This document shows, in pieces, positions 1 through 12,949 of a stretch of 64,000 nucleotides of DNA (its first letter is position 1; every line of letters begins with the position of its first letter). The stretch spans positions 51,026,001 to 51,090,000 of the forward strand of contig OX597824.1 of NCBI GenBank assembly GCA_951406725.2, given 5' to 3'. A program made the translations under genes and the position numbers. This DNA is from Octopus vulgaris. Taxonomy: Eukaryota. The notes beneath the pieces are model-generated. The model saw nothing but the letters and a program-made list of their open reading frames with translations. It searched no databases and was not told the origin of the DNA.

Positions 1-817
1 TTAAAGACCAAATATGATTGGATAATTGTGTCGCTTTTCTTTTGTTCCAGTGCCTAAAGCTCAAAGTGTGGTTATTGAACCTGGCCTTGAAATTACCCTC
101 TGTCAGGCCCACGTATTTCTTCGTCAAAACGGTGTCTTTAGTGGTTATAGAGTTTACGGTAGCCTCATATATGATGGTCTTGGACATGCAAGCTCCATTT
201 AGCGGGCACAATTCTTTATTCCTGCATGAACAGCTGTTTTCTTCTTGTGTTTTTTGTATGTTATGATTGATTATGTTTTTAAAATTGGTAGTTGAACTAA
301 AACTAATTTTTAAATTGTGTCTATTGAAGAGTTTCCTATAAGCATGGTTAACTGGAAAATGTCTATCTATCAGTGCTAGGAAATATTTACCTATATTGAA
401 GGCCACCTCGGGTGAGTAAGGGGGCGTAAACCAGATGACCTTCCTATTTCTATTATTCCTTTTCTTTATTGTTGGGCTGGTGATAGGTGTATATTTTATT
501 TTTTCGCTAAAACCACTATCTTTTAAAGCTTTATTATAAACTGGGGCAACGCTATTGAAGATGTCCTCATTAGATGAGAGGCTAGAAATCCTCTTACTAA
601 TATTTTTAACTAAATTTTTGAATACTATAGGGGGATGGCATGAACCTACATTAATATAACTTAGTCTATCATTGGGCTTCCTATAAGGCTTATAAATATT
701 ATTATTAAGATCTAAGGAAACGTCTAAGAAATTGACAACCGTCAGGTTAGTGTCTATAGTTATACTAAGTCCGAAGTGTTTCATTAACTGGATAATATCC
801 TTCCTAAAACGATCTTG
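1..817 (-). mobile_element. Inverted partial copy of the same Penelope-like element (reverse complement of 1537-2353, runs off the window start)
   Basis: Position n pairs with 2354-n. ORFs 18..266(+) and 2088..2336(-) translate identically. Confidence 0.97.
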
Positions 818-2580
818 GTAGATAACAGCAAATACACACAACTCTTACACAACAGCATCATTAATAATTATACTAAGGCTAGGGCACAGACATATAACGA
901 AATTAATAAAGAAGCTAGCGTCATCGCCGCTAAACTTAAATTAGATAAAAAAATAGAAACCCTCCCCAAAAAGAGGCCTTTATTACTATTAAAGACCACA
1001 AAGAAAACTTCCTTTCCAATCCTAAATGTAGGCTTATCAACCCAGCCAAGTCAGAACTAGGGATTATTAGCAAAGAAATTTTAGATAAAATAAATACGAA
1101 AATTAAGACTGATACTAGGCTAGTGCAATGGTCCAATAGTATAGAAGTCGTAGACTGGTTTAAAGCTATTAAGAATAAGAAAAAAGCGAGGTTTACACAA
1201 TTCGATATTGTTGATTTTTATGCCTCTATCTCTAAAGAACTGCTAGATAAAGCCCTAATCTTCGCTAGTGACTTCATAGAAATTAGTACCAATGATAAGG
1301 ATATAATCTTCCATGCTAGAAAGACATTACTTTTCAGTGAGAATGCAAAGTGGGTAAAAAACACCGACACGGAGGGCGCTTTCGATGTGAGCATGGGTTC
1401 ATATGATGGGGCAGGCATCTGTGATCTAATTGGACTCTTTCTCCTAGATACCTTCAGTAAGACATTCCCTAACGTACATTTCGCCATCTACAAAGATGAT
1501 GCCCTCGCCTTAACAGCTAATACAAATGGACCAGCACAAGATCGTTTTAGGAAGGATATTATCCAGTTAATGAAACACTTCGGACTTAGTATAACTATAG
1601 ACACTAACCTGACGGTTGTCAATTTCTTAGACGTTTCCTTAGATCTTAATAATAATATTTATAAGCCTTATAGGAAGCCCAATGATAGACTAAGTTATAT
1701 TAATGTAGGTTCATGCCATCCCCCTATAGTATTCAAAAATTTAGTTAAAAATATTAGTAAGAGGATTTCTAGCCTCTCATCTAATGAGGACATCTTCAAT
1801 AGCGTTGCCCCAGTTTATAATAAAGCTTTAAAAGATAGTGGTTTTAGCGAAAAAATAAAATATACACCTATCACCAGCCCAACAATAAAGAAAAGGAATA
1901 ATAGAAATAGGAAGGTCATCTGGTTTACGCCCCCTTACTCACCCGAGGTGGCCTTCAATATAGGTAAATATTTCCTAGCACTGATAGATAGACATTTTCC
2001 AGTTAACCATGCTTATAGGAAACTCTTCAATAGACACAATTTAAAAATTAGTTTTAGTTCAACTACCAATTTTAAAAACATAATCAATCATAACATACAA
2101 AAAACACAAGAAGAAAACAGCTGTTCATGCAGGAATAAAGAATTGTGCCCGCTAAATGGAGCTTGCATGTCCAAGACCATCATATATGAGGCTACCGTAA
2201 ACTCTATAACCACTAAAGACACCGTTTTGACGAAGAAATACGTGGGCCTGACAGAGGGTAATTTCAAGGCCAGGTTCAATAACCACACTTTGAGCTTTAG
2301 GCACTGGAACAAAAGAAAAGCGACACAATTATCCAATCATATTTGGTCTTTAAGAGATAAAGGTGTCGATTATAACATACAATGGAAGATTTTGGCCAGA
2401 TGTAAGCCCTATACTAACGGCAGCGGAAGGTGCGGTTTATGCGACATGGAGAGATGGCTTATCTGGAAAAGCAGCTTAGACCCTACCACATGTCTAAATA
2501 CAAGGACAGAACTTTTCGGATCATGCCCACATGTGACTAAATTTCTGTTACGTTTTTGGTCCCCTAAAGAAAACGGATAG
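818..2580 (+). CDS. PLE reverse transcriptase / GIY-YIG endonuclease, N-terminally truncated, one frameshift near 964-967
   Basis: The 815 frame (..KIETLP) joins the 1123 frame (QKEAFITIKDHKENF..CRLINPAKSELG). RT motifs FDIVDFY, MGSYDGA, YKDD, VNFLDV, YRKP. Cys linker CSCRNKELCPLNGAC. EN motifs IIYEATV..KYVGLTEGNFKARFNNH, CGLC, LNTRTE. Confidence 0.93.
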
Positions 2581-2775
2581 AACATGCTTTCTGTGTTATG
2601 TCCCAAGAAGATTTTATATATTTTTATATATTTTTATATATTTTTTATGTATTTTTATATAATTTTTATGACGAAAAATGCGAGCGATGTATAAGTACGC
2701 AGGCAAAGCAGAGTTATAACAGAGTAATTTCCCTTCATTTTTAACGGTATTTTTTCATAACGTTTTCAAATAGCC

Positions 2776-2838
2776 AGATAACCGAAGAGATGGTGTTGTG
2801 GATTTCCACTTCGGCATCTGAAACTCAGAGTTTTATCT
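2776..2838 (+). ncRNA. Minimal hammerhead-like motif (U4C core) in a ~270-bp cassette (2670-2937) ending in (TA)n
   Basis: AGATAA-CCGAAGA-GATG..CATC-T-GAAA-CTCAGAG-TT-TTATCT. Confidence 0.7.
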
Positions 2839-3223
2839 TGACTACCGAGTAATGTAACATATTGTATAGATAAATTTCCTCTATTTACATAATATTGAGG
2901 TCTCTTTCTTTCTTTTGTTATCTTACCGTTTTATCAATATATATATATATATATATTTTATTATTTTATTATTATTTTTTTATTTTTTTATTTTTTTATT
3001 TTTTTAATTTTTTTATTTACTTTTTTATTTTTTTATTTATTTATTTATTTATTTTTTTATTTATTTTTTTATTTATCTATTCTTTCATCTAACTTACCAC
3101 TGACTCCTTGACCACTCCTCCAAGTATGATATTTTGCGCTATGCCTACCCCCAAAAAAGTCCCCCACCACCACTCCTTTAAACCTGCCTAAATGTATAAA
3201 TGCTAATACAATTCTTGTTAAAT

Positions 3224-3274
3224 AGCTTCCTGAAGATTTCTCTTGAATGAAACAGTACTAGTCCTGTAGAAGCT
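3224..3274 (+). ncRNA. Type I hammerhead ribozyme, canonical core
   Basis: AGCTTC-CTGAAGA-tTTC tctt GAAt-GAAA-CAG tactagtc CTG-TA-GAAGCT; predicted GUA cleavage triplet. Confidence 0.85.
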
Positions 3275-3590
3275 CCTTCTATATAATAAATTAATTTTAC
3301 TCTGCTATGTATTGAGTACCTTACTTACTGTGGTTAACCCCGAATCAACCCGGGACCTACATATATATATATATATATATATATTGAAGTAGATAAATGA
3401 ATTATCTTATTACGGATAATTCAAATGATAACCGATACCTGGGTAGCAAAAAACACAACAGAAAAAACACGGTTGAAGTTACGACCATGGGGCATAAAAA
3501 CCGTGCCTTAGTGCGGAAATTTGAAGTTTTATATATTAAGTGTAGGAAGAAATGGAGCTGAACGAAGATTTAACAAAATTCCTTTATATT

Positions 3591-3678
3591 ATTTTCTACA
3601 TATGTTTCGAAGGCTGCAAAAGTCCCTAATTCGGATTGAATAAGGAGTCCATTTTTGCAGCTTTCTCTTCAGGAAAAT
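3591..3678 (-). ncRNA. Mirror copy of the same hammerhead (left arm of palindrome)
   Basis: Reverse complement of 3787-3873. Confidence 0.85.
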
Positions 3679-3786
3679 CCAGGAACTTAATTCTCCAACA
3701 AAATGCACAACAAGCTGTTCGACAAACGCTCATGAGCGTTTGTCGAACAGCTTGTTGTGCATTTTGTTGGAGAATTAAGTTCCTGG

Positions 3787-3873
3787 ATTTTCCTGAAGAG
3801 AAAGCTGCAAAAATGGACTCCTTATTCAATCCGAATTAGGGACTTTGCAGCCTTCGAAACATATGTAGAAAAT
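3787..3873 (+). ncRNA. Type I hammerhead ribozyme with long stem II (right arm of palindrome)
   Basis: ATTTTC-CTGAAGA-GAAAGCTGCAAA..TTTGCAGCCTTC-GAAA-CATATG-TA-GAAAAT. Confidence 0.85.
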
Positions 3874-3920
3874 AATATAAAGGAATTTTGTTAAATCTTC
3901 GTTCAGCTCCATTTCTTCCT

Positions 3921-4451
<531 letters not shown>

Positions 4452-4834
4452 GTATGTATGTATGCATGTAATGTATCTATATAAGGAGTAAATTTTCAAA
4501 AGTGAACATTTATAAAGATATTATTATTGTTATTACTATCTGCGGGAAATGTAAATTGACGATAACATGAACAAAATTATAGGTGGATGCATGCGTTAAA
4601 TAGCTAAATACAGTCAGATAGGTATACAATTAAAAATTATATTTATCATAAGGGCACACAAAGCGCCTAGCTGCTAGAAAGTGTAGTTATAACTGTTCTT
4701 GTCTGTTGAAGTTTTCAGTGTCATTGGTGGTTAAGTTGAAGGTTTTAACTCCACTTTCCACCAGGTAGTCGCTTCGTGTGCTCTTATTATATATACACAT
4801 ACATACATACATACATACATACATACATACATAC

Positions 4835-5445
4835 TTTGAGAAGGAGAACAACTCTACATAAAGAACAAATCCGTTTCCCGCAATGCAGGCAATTCCTCTC
4901 AGTGAACATATAAAAAGATGTGCAGATAACATCAAACCAAATTTAACAGTCTTCCCCTTCTACCAGTGCAAAGGTACAATCTCCCCACAAGAACGTTTAA
5001 ATAAAGAAATTTTTTCATTGAAAAATACAGAACACGTCTTAACATGCACGCATAACCAACTTTTATCCTTTTACATATTTCAATTCACGATTACATCACT
5101 CTACATAAATCCCCTCACTAAACAACTTTTTCGAAACCTATTTTTTGTGTGTACATATATATTCCCCTCCCGTTACCGAAAGCTGAACAGTTATCTCCCT
5201 TGCCCACAGCAACAACAATAACAATAATAACGATAACCAATTACCTCCCATCATTTTTCTACTTGTGAAGATATTCACTCGTAAATATCATCACACACAA
5301 CACGAACGGACATTTCTTCCTAAGAAAATACATATTCAAATAAGTAAACCATAATATCATGAATAGCGAAAGCAAAACCGGTCGATATATTAAAAATTAT
5401 ATTAAAACTATGTAAAGTGTGTGTATTTTCCTTTTTTATTTCTTA
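4835..5445 (+). mobile_element. 3' remnant of a second Penelope-like family (GIY-YIG C-terminus + 3' region)
   Basis: IPLSEHIKRCA..VFPFYQC..QERLNKE resembles a PLE endonuclease C-terminus; hammerhead-like motif downstream; microsatellites on both sides. Confidence 0.65.
5354..5388 (+). ncRNA. Minimal hammerhead-like motif with A3-U8 core and G12A change (probably inactive copy)
   Basis: ATATC-ATGAATA-GC gaaa GC-AAAA-CCGG-TC-GATAT. Confidence 0.6.
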
Positions 5446-5462
5446 CACGCACACACACCCAC

Positions 5463-5536
<74 letters not shown>

Positions 5537-5923
5537 GAAAAATACATTAAATAAACAACGATAGCTAAGAGACGTATACGTGGGAGAGCTGTTTAGCTGC
5601 TCTAAGATCACAATCTAGAAAAATCAGAGTTACAGCCAGATAAGTCGGCAATGATAAATAATGCCAGACTTCTTATCCGGGTTTCAAAATCTGGAAATAC
5701 TGTTGACAGTGCAATACCGTGCAATATACTGTACCCGATATTGATTAAATACATCTTGGTTTTGCAAACGATGGTTTAAAAATAGTTTTGTTATTTACAT
5801 GTTTTAGTGGATTGATAAAGTTTAAACATATTCTACTTTAGAAGTGTATTACTTTGTATCTGTATTTGTTAAATGAAATTATGTTCTTTACTTTTCTTCT
5901 TTTTTTTTATCCTATAAATATTG

Positions 5924-6110
5924 CTGGCAGAATCGTTATCACGCCGGACGGAATGTTTAGCGGCATTTCGCCCGTCGCTACATTCTGCGTTCAAATTCCA
6001 CCGAAGTCAACTTTACCTTTCATCATTTCAAAGTCGATAAAATAAGTACCCATTGAGCACTTACCCTCTCTTCAGAACTTACTGGCGTTGTGCCACAATT
6101 TGAAACCGAT
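5924..6110 (+). mobile_element. tRNA-derived SINE family A
   Basis: CTGGCAGAATCGTTA..GTTCAAATTCC..GTCAACTTT.CCTTTCATC, shared with many copies in the window. Confidence 0.85.
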
Positions 6111-6762
6111 ATCAGGAATGTTGTTGTTGCATAGTCCTAATTCTGTTCTGATAAAACAAGTCTGTACCAAAGGTATTCTAGCTTTGACCATCCCATTTTT
6201 TTCGGATATAGTCTATCTTGGACTTTATTAACCAATATTTCCTTTTACTTTTAGGCTGGAGAATGGAAATTGAAGAAAATTTTACTGTTATTTCTTGCTG
6301 ATAAAAAAACTATGTTTATGCTCCCTCGTTGGGTGTATGCATGTTAACATAAGTGATACTTAACAGTGAATAACTCTGATCCAGTGGACTTCGTGATTAT
6401 TCCATCTTTTGAGACGTATCCAGGCTTACACTAGCCAATATCCATCTCTTGTTCCAGATGTTAAGATTGGATTTGAGGGAGATTTTAACAGTCATTTCTA
6501 GCAAAAGTAGCTATTTCTAGCAAGAGCAACTATTTCTAGCAAGGGCAGTGACTACATAAGGCCCCAACAGTGATGTCCAATACAATATATTGTGTAATAG
6601 TCAGATGTGTTGTGATGTGGTGTGATTTGTTATAGTACCATGTGCTGTCGTGCGTTATGATGTGCTGTGGAACAGTATTGTACATTGTGAATAGAGCGGT
6701 GTCATGTCTGTTAGTGTGGTACTGTATTCAGTCAAAAGTTTTGCAATAGTTTGGTTAACTTA

Positions 6763-6950
6763 GGGCGGTGACCTGGCAGAATTGTTAGCACGCCGGGCAA
6801 AATGATTAGCAACATATCACCCATCTTGAAGTTCTGAGTTCAAATTCCGCTGAGAATGACTTTGTCTTTCATCCTCTCGGTGGTCGGTAAGATAAATACC
6901 AGCCTTCCCCCGAAATTGCTAGCGTTGTACCAAAATCTGAAATCAATATT
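6763..6950 (+). mobile_element. SINE family A
   Basis: Same consensus as 41832-42022. Confidence 0.85.
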
Positions 6951-7004
6951 TTGGTAATTTATTTTCTTTATTTGTCTGCCCAACATTCCAAGTAGCGGTC
7001 ATCG

Positions 7005-7135
7005 TGTTACAACCGTCTGAAGCCACCTTTCTGTCAGTTCTTTGATTCCACGCTGATGCCAGTTCTTCTTGTCATTTGAGACGAAAAACACCTTCACTGA
7101 AGCTTCCACCTACTCTTGCATGATGAAGCATTGCT
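7005..7135 (-). mobile_element. mariner transposase C-terminal remnant
   Basis: Minus strand ..VEASVKVFFVSNDKKNWHQRGIKELTERWLQTV; similar to 29620-29800. Confidence 0.6.
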
Positions 7136-9409
7136 AGGCTGCTTTAGTCATAACTTGAAAAATAAAGCAAATAAATTACCAAAATACTGAAAAATTCTTC
7201 ACTCAGCACAACATACAGTGTAAGGGTGTGAGGTGATCTGAAAGGTTGTGTAACAGTGCACTACAATGTGTTATAACAGGGTGGGACAATGTAGTGCATT
7301 GTTTAACAGTGTTATACGATGTGTTATGATATTAAACAATGCGGTGAGTTTTTCTACTAGGTTGTGTACTGTGTTGTATTTTTCTGCTAGGTTGTCGTGT
7401 ATTGTGTTGTGTTTAGTTCCAAGTCAACCCTGATTGAGCAAGCCTATTATCTTGTCCAACTATGATTACCTGTCGTTGTAGAGCTATTTAGGACTATATT
7501 ATGTAATTCTGTTATTGGTGTGGTTTGGCTTCTATTTCTCTCAAGTTAAACAATCACATACAGGTTCCTGCCATAGCTCGTGTTTGTTGCAATGCAGTGT
7601 AGTGCATCGTATTTAATAGCACAGTGAGCTATAGAACATTGTGTTGTGTTGCATTATAGTTTGGTGTTATTGTACTATGCTGTGATGCAGTGGTATTTGG
7701 TGTGTTGTGCCAGTGTAATGTGGTGCGTATTTTATAATTTGGTGCGTTTTGCTGTGTTGTATTATGATGTAAAGTGTAAAGCAGTATTCTCATCTGACAT
7801 GCTTGAGAAGTGTATTGGTCTAAGAATGATCGGTCGTTGTTTTCCGTGACAAACACAGAACAGACCTGACCGTCATGTCAGCGATAATCGGACAGAGTGA
7901 TGTTGGAAATTAAAACACCGGCCATACTGAAAGTAAGTAATTTTACCGACACACATGACACACAGAATGGTGAGAGTTAACCAGATGAGTGTCTGTCTGC
8001 CTGTCTGATTGGCTGACTGACTGGGTGTTTGGTAGAGCGGTTGGTTGGTTGGGTGGCTGACCGACTATCTGACTGGATGTATGGATTAAATGTAAGGAAG
8101 GATGATGATTAGTTTCTTGATTGGATAATTTAGATTGTTGGGTGAGTAATTAAATAGCTGGCATTAGTGAGGAGTTGTGTGAGTTTCTGGTCGATTAGAT
8201 AGCTGTGTAATGAATGACTGTTTAGTTGACTTGATTGATTTTTTAACAGTTGGTTTAATGAATAAGTAGTTAAATGTGTTGATCGTTCTTGGTAATGGTG
8301 AAGATTGTGGTGATGGTAATGGTGACGGTGAGTGAATTTTATTCGGGTAAAATCTCACAAAGCACTGGTCAACAGAACAACCCTGAAGTCTTGAACTTTC
8401 ATGAAGTTTATTGAACTGATGGCGGCCCTCACTCTAAATTTACGCAACATACATTATGAGTATGTGTATGTGTTTATGAGTGTGTGTATGTATGCACGTG
8501 TGTGTGTGTGTGTATGAGTGTGCGTGTGTATGTACGTGTGTGTGTATGCGTGTGTGTATGCGTGTGCGCACATGTGTGTGTGTGCACAGTTGCCAGTTGT
8601 ATCATGTTTTATGTGTGATGTGTACTTGTACTTCCTGGGGTTGTTTTGGTTGTGTACTTGTTTACGCATATTTTCTTAAAGCTATTCCCAGTATTACTAT
8701 TAAGACATTGTTTCTATTTTCATATCACACTTTCTGGTTATTTCTTTTAAATTTATATTTGTATAAGTTCTCCATTTCTTATCGAGATGGGTGAGGGGGA
8801 GAATGACCTCCAGCAAATTTCAGGAAAGGTGAGAGTGGCCTGAATAGGATAGGCCAACTCTTTGCATGCGATTGTGGGCCGGAGAACACAACTCAAAGAG
8901 AAAACTGGCGTATAGTAGTCAGAATAATCTTGTATCTGTGGGTTTGTTTCATTGGCTATAAGGTAACTGGGTACCTGTCCTCTCGATAAGAAAGTGTTCT
9001 TTTATTCATTTTGTATAATGTCGTTTTCCAGGCCTGTTGGTTATAATTTCTTTATGCATATGCGCAGGTTTTTTTTTTTTGTTGATTTTTTGTTCTAGTA
9101 ATTTCTATCATACTGGTGCAGAGACTCGTAGTGCTGATACCTGAATACTGTACATATACGTAAGAGCTGGGGCGTTGTTTATATATTATTTGCATGTTTT
9201 TGTAATGATTTACAATCCACCAATCATTACTGAGATTATTTCTCTTTTCAGTCATAACATTCTTGTGATCTTTATTTCCAGATCTTTTAGCGATGTGTCA
9301 TAATTGTCTGATAGAATTAACATATCAATTAGGCGATATTTCTTTCCTTGGAATAAAATTTCGTTTTTCTTTAACTTCCCTTTCCCAGTGAATCTGCGTG
9401 TATCATAAT

Positions 9410-9604
9410 CCTTTCTACTATAGGCACGAGGCCTGAAATTTGGTGGGAGAAAACTAGTGCTTTACTGGTATTTAATTAATCGACCCAGAAAGGATGAAAG
9501 GCAAAATTAACCTCGGCGAAATTTGAACTCAGAACGTTGCGACAGGTGAAATATCGCTAAGCATTTTTCCCGGTGTGCTAACGATTCTGCCAACTCACCG
9601 CCTT
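9410..9604 (-). mobile_element. SINE family A
   Basis: Reverse complement of family A consensus. Confidence 0.87.
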
Positions 9605-10159
9605 ATTTGTATGTATTATAATATCATCAGTTCTTCATTCTCTGACACACTCACCCGTTGGTTGATTATGCACTTATAAGAAGTAGTTCACGAAATCCGC
9701 AGATGATGAAACTATTGTGCTGTATAGAATTCTACAAAAAAACTAGAAATTCAATTATGGAAGCTTTATACATAGCAAAATGCAACAAAATTCAAAACTC
9801 AAAAGATAAGACACACACAAACAAAAAAAGAAAAAGAAAAAAGTGATTAAACATTATCTTTTAAACACTTTTAAATCCGATGATGACATTATTCCTATGA
9901 TTCTGTTTTTGTCTACTACAACACTTCACAACATTGCATATATATAATGCTCTTCTGAAGATAGGTTAACTATGTCTTACCAGTGGTTTTAGGAGCGATG
10001 TTGTTCCTAAGTATGAAGCACTGACAAGAAAATAAGAAAGGAAATGTTTTATCAAAATTATTGAAGTCCAACATTGAAAACATCTCACGCCTTCAATATA
10101 ACATGTTTCTAGGTAAATACATACTTACACAGACACAGACACACACATATATATGTGTA

Positions 10160-10192
<33 letters not shown>

Positions 10193-10198
10193 TGTATG

Positions 10199-10232
<34 letters not shown>

Positions 10233-10790
10233 TGTATGTATGTATGTATGTACGTACGTAAATGTGTGTGTGTGTGTGTGTGTATGTGTGTGTGTGTGTA
10301 CACACACGTTGAATCTATTTGCGCAACAAAACCTCCGTTAGCCATAAACTTCTAAACATTTGTAACCCTTACCAGATTTTTAAAATCTCAATGAAGTAGA
10401 AATTAAAAACTAACACAAGATACAAAAGGTTCACAGTCAACAATACGTACCGATTATCAAGCACATCAAACTTATCCCATCTTCAGCTGCCTAACAGTTA
10501 TACTGTTTCGACACCTGGGCAGTACCATTCAATCCGAGGGTGTCAAGTGTGTTAAAACACTTTCTGGAAATTGATAGAAAAAGTGCAGTGGTCAAATATC
10601 GGCACAATATGCCCATTATGTTTACACTTGCTTTTAGTTTACGAATCACGAACGCAAACACCAAATCTCAAACAAAATCATCACATGCCTATAGCACTGA
10701 CGCCTTGAAATTAAAAGCTAAATTTATAGAAAGCCGAGAAATACCATTAAAACGGATATTATCACTCGCTATGCGTATGTGATAGTGTGC

Positions 10791-10876
<86 letters not shown>

Positions 10877-11383
10877 TGTAAGGTGTACTTTCGTTCATCG
10901 AAAAATAAAATTTTTACTTTAAACACTAAACAAAGTAGTTACATCAAGGATTTTATCTTCCCATCGGCAGAAATATTCCATATCTTCTGTTCAAGGAGAC
11001 GTATTCTAGGTATTTATCATGCTTACAAACTATCCAGTTAATTTATAATGTAGTCTAAGGCGATGGGTTGAGAGAATCGTTAACATACCAGACAAAATGC
11101 TTAGCGGCCTTTCTTCCAACAAAATTACATCAACTAGCAAAATGTTAGGCCTTGTGTGAACAGTAAAAAGAATTTATGATATAGTTTATTAAAGAGACAG
11201 CAACACGTCACAATCACTCGTTCTAGAAGATGGGATTACGAAAGTCTAGGAGTGTTGAAGATGGATTTGTGAACTTTATTGCTTCAAAGGATCTGAGAGG
11301 ATAATTAGTAAAGTGTGAAGAAAAGAAAATGAACACAATCGTCTTTTCAATAATTTTTTTTAAAATTCAGGTGTACAGCATCT

Positions 11384-11427
11384 CACTTGAAAGCTATCGG
11401 TGCATGTGAGCCGAAACGATCGTAGTG
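11384..11427 (+). ncRNA. Degenerate hammerhead-like motif
   Basis: CAC-TTGAAA-GCT..AGCC-GAAA-CGATCG-TA-GTG. Confidence 0.45.
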
Positions 11428-11460
11428 GTTCTGAATAGTCTCATGAATTCCATTTTCTTT

Positions 11461-11748
11461 GGCGCAGGAATGGCTGTGTGGTAAGTAGGTTGCTTACCAT
11501 CCACAAGATTCTGGGTTCAGTCCCACTGCGTGGCCCCTTGGGCAAGAGTCTTCGAATATAGCCTTGGCCCGACCAAAGCATTGTGGGTGGATTTGGTAGA
11601 CGGAAACTGAAAGAAGCCCGACGTATATAAAGTGACCAATAGAATAAGTACTAGGCTTACAAAAAATAAGTCTTGGGGTCGATTTGTTCGACTTAAAAGG
11701 CGGTGCTCCAGCATGGCCGCAGTCAGATGACTGAAACAAATAAAAGAA
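11461..11748 (+). mobile_element. tRNA-derived SINE family B (internally deleted)
   Basis: GGCGCAGGA.TGGCTGTGTGGTAAG (A box), GGTTCAGTCCC (B box), CCTTGGGCAAG core, tail ..GACTGAAACAA.TAAAAGAA. Confidence 0.88.
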
Positions 11749-11821
11749 TATATATACACACACACATATAAACACACACACATATACGCATACATACATA
11801 TATTCATACATATATATATAT

Positions 11822-12022
11822 GACCTCGTGTGTACCGTTGGCGATTTTTTTCCTCTGTCTTCCCTTCTGTGGATCTTTCCTTCTCCTATGTTTCCGACGA
11901 AGAGCTCCGCTCGAAACGTTAAGCCCTCCTTCTTCCCTTCTTTCCTGAGCGTCCAATAATACTATATTTGTTCCACGTCCTCGCGTTGTTGTGTTTTTTT
12001 GTGTTTTCTTGTTTGGATTAAC

Positions 12023-12023
<1 letters not shown>
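11822..12023 (+). mobile_element. ~200-bp (TA)n-flanked cassette with minimal hammerhead-like motif at 11890-11924
   Basis: GTTT-CCGACGA-A-GAGC tcc GCTC-GAAA-CG-TT-AAGC; second copy at 33980-34168 on the minus strand. Confidence 0.8.
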
Positions 12024-12103
<80 letters not shown>

Positions 12104-12637
12104 ATATATGAGTGTGTGTATGTATATATGTCTGTGTGTGCATAGATATAATAACACATGTTCATATACACACACATAAAAGTGCACATGAATATCTATT
12201 AAATCCAACAAACTTCTATTTTCCGACTTAACGTTACGTCTCCAGCCCTCCAATCCCTCGATGCTTCATTTTGTCTCACTCTTTCCACCATAAATCTCGA
12301 CTTTTCTCTCTCCCCTTCTATATATGGACATACCTATCAGTTTTCTTCCTTTCTTTTCCTATTTGCTGCGGAATCCATCTTCCACCTCGACTTCCTCTCC
12401 CGGCCCTTTCTTCCCCTATGTCATTGATAGCTCCTTATTTAATCGATGTGTGGCCTGCTTAATGTGGCGTTTAATAACGATTTGCATCTGACGACAGACA
12501 ACTGACGGCAGCACAGTTCAGTGTCAGAGCGTAAGATTGTGTTTGTGGTGGACGTGAAAATGTGCATGTCTGTATGTGTGTGTGTATATATATATATATG
12601 TGTATGATGTGTGCGTGATTATGCGAGTATGTGTACG

Positions 12638-12710
<73 letters not shown>

Positions 12711-12949
12711 TTGTGTGTCTACATACGTGTATGCTTTTGAGTGAATCTGCTGTGGGAATTAGTGTTGTCATAATCAAACAGTGATATTAGTAACTTCATC
12801 AACTTCGCTAGTGTACTATCAGATTTTTGATGTTAGTGGTTGTATTTGTTGTTGTTGGTGGAAAAGGCATGACTGGACTGTAAACAGATCAGAAAGAAAG
12901 GGGACATAAAAAAGAGAAATAACAGGCGCAGGAGGTGTTGGTAGAGAGT

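Larger units (their letters stand above)
818..3360 (+). mobile_element. Penelope-like retroelement (5'-truncated), RT + C-terminal GIY-YIG, probably Naiad-like; AT-rich 3' region ending in a hammerhead-bearing segment before (TA)n
   Basis: Coding region 818-2580 with PLE motifs, T-rich 3' region, hammerhead motif at 3224-3274, ends at (TA)n from 3361. Assigning 3090-3360 to this element is inference. Confidence 0.88.
3541..3923. repeat. ~383-bp near-perfect palindrome with no spacer, centre 3732/3733
   Basis: Centre GCTCATGAGC. Arms match except a 1-nt indel (GCAAAAGTCC vs GGACTTTGC). ORFs 3626..3829(-) and 3636..3839(+) are identical. Confidence 0.97.

Noticed and set aside
960-975. Programmed -1 frameshift in the Penelope ORF
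   Set aside because: No proper X XXY YYZ heptamer in frame; a 1-nt loss in a C run (mutation or sequencing error) is simpler.
3626-3839. Identical 67-aa ORFs on both strands
   Set aside because: A consequence of the palindrome; non-ATG start and no recognisable domain.
7860-7940. Splice-like signals (GTAAGT on +, TTTCAG on -) around a short unique stretch
   Set aside because: All frames contain stops, so an exon cannot be supported.
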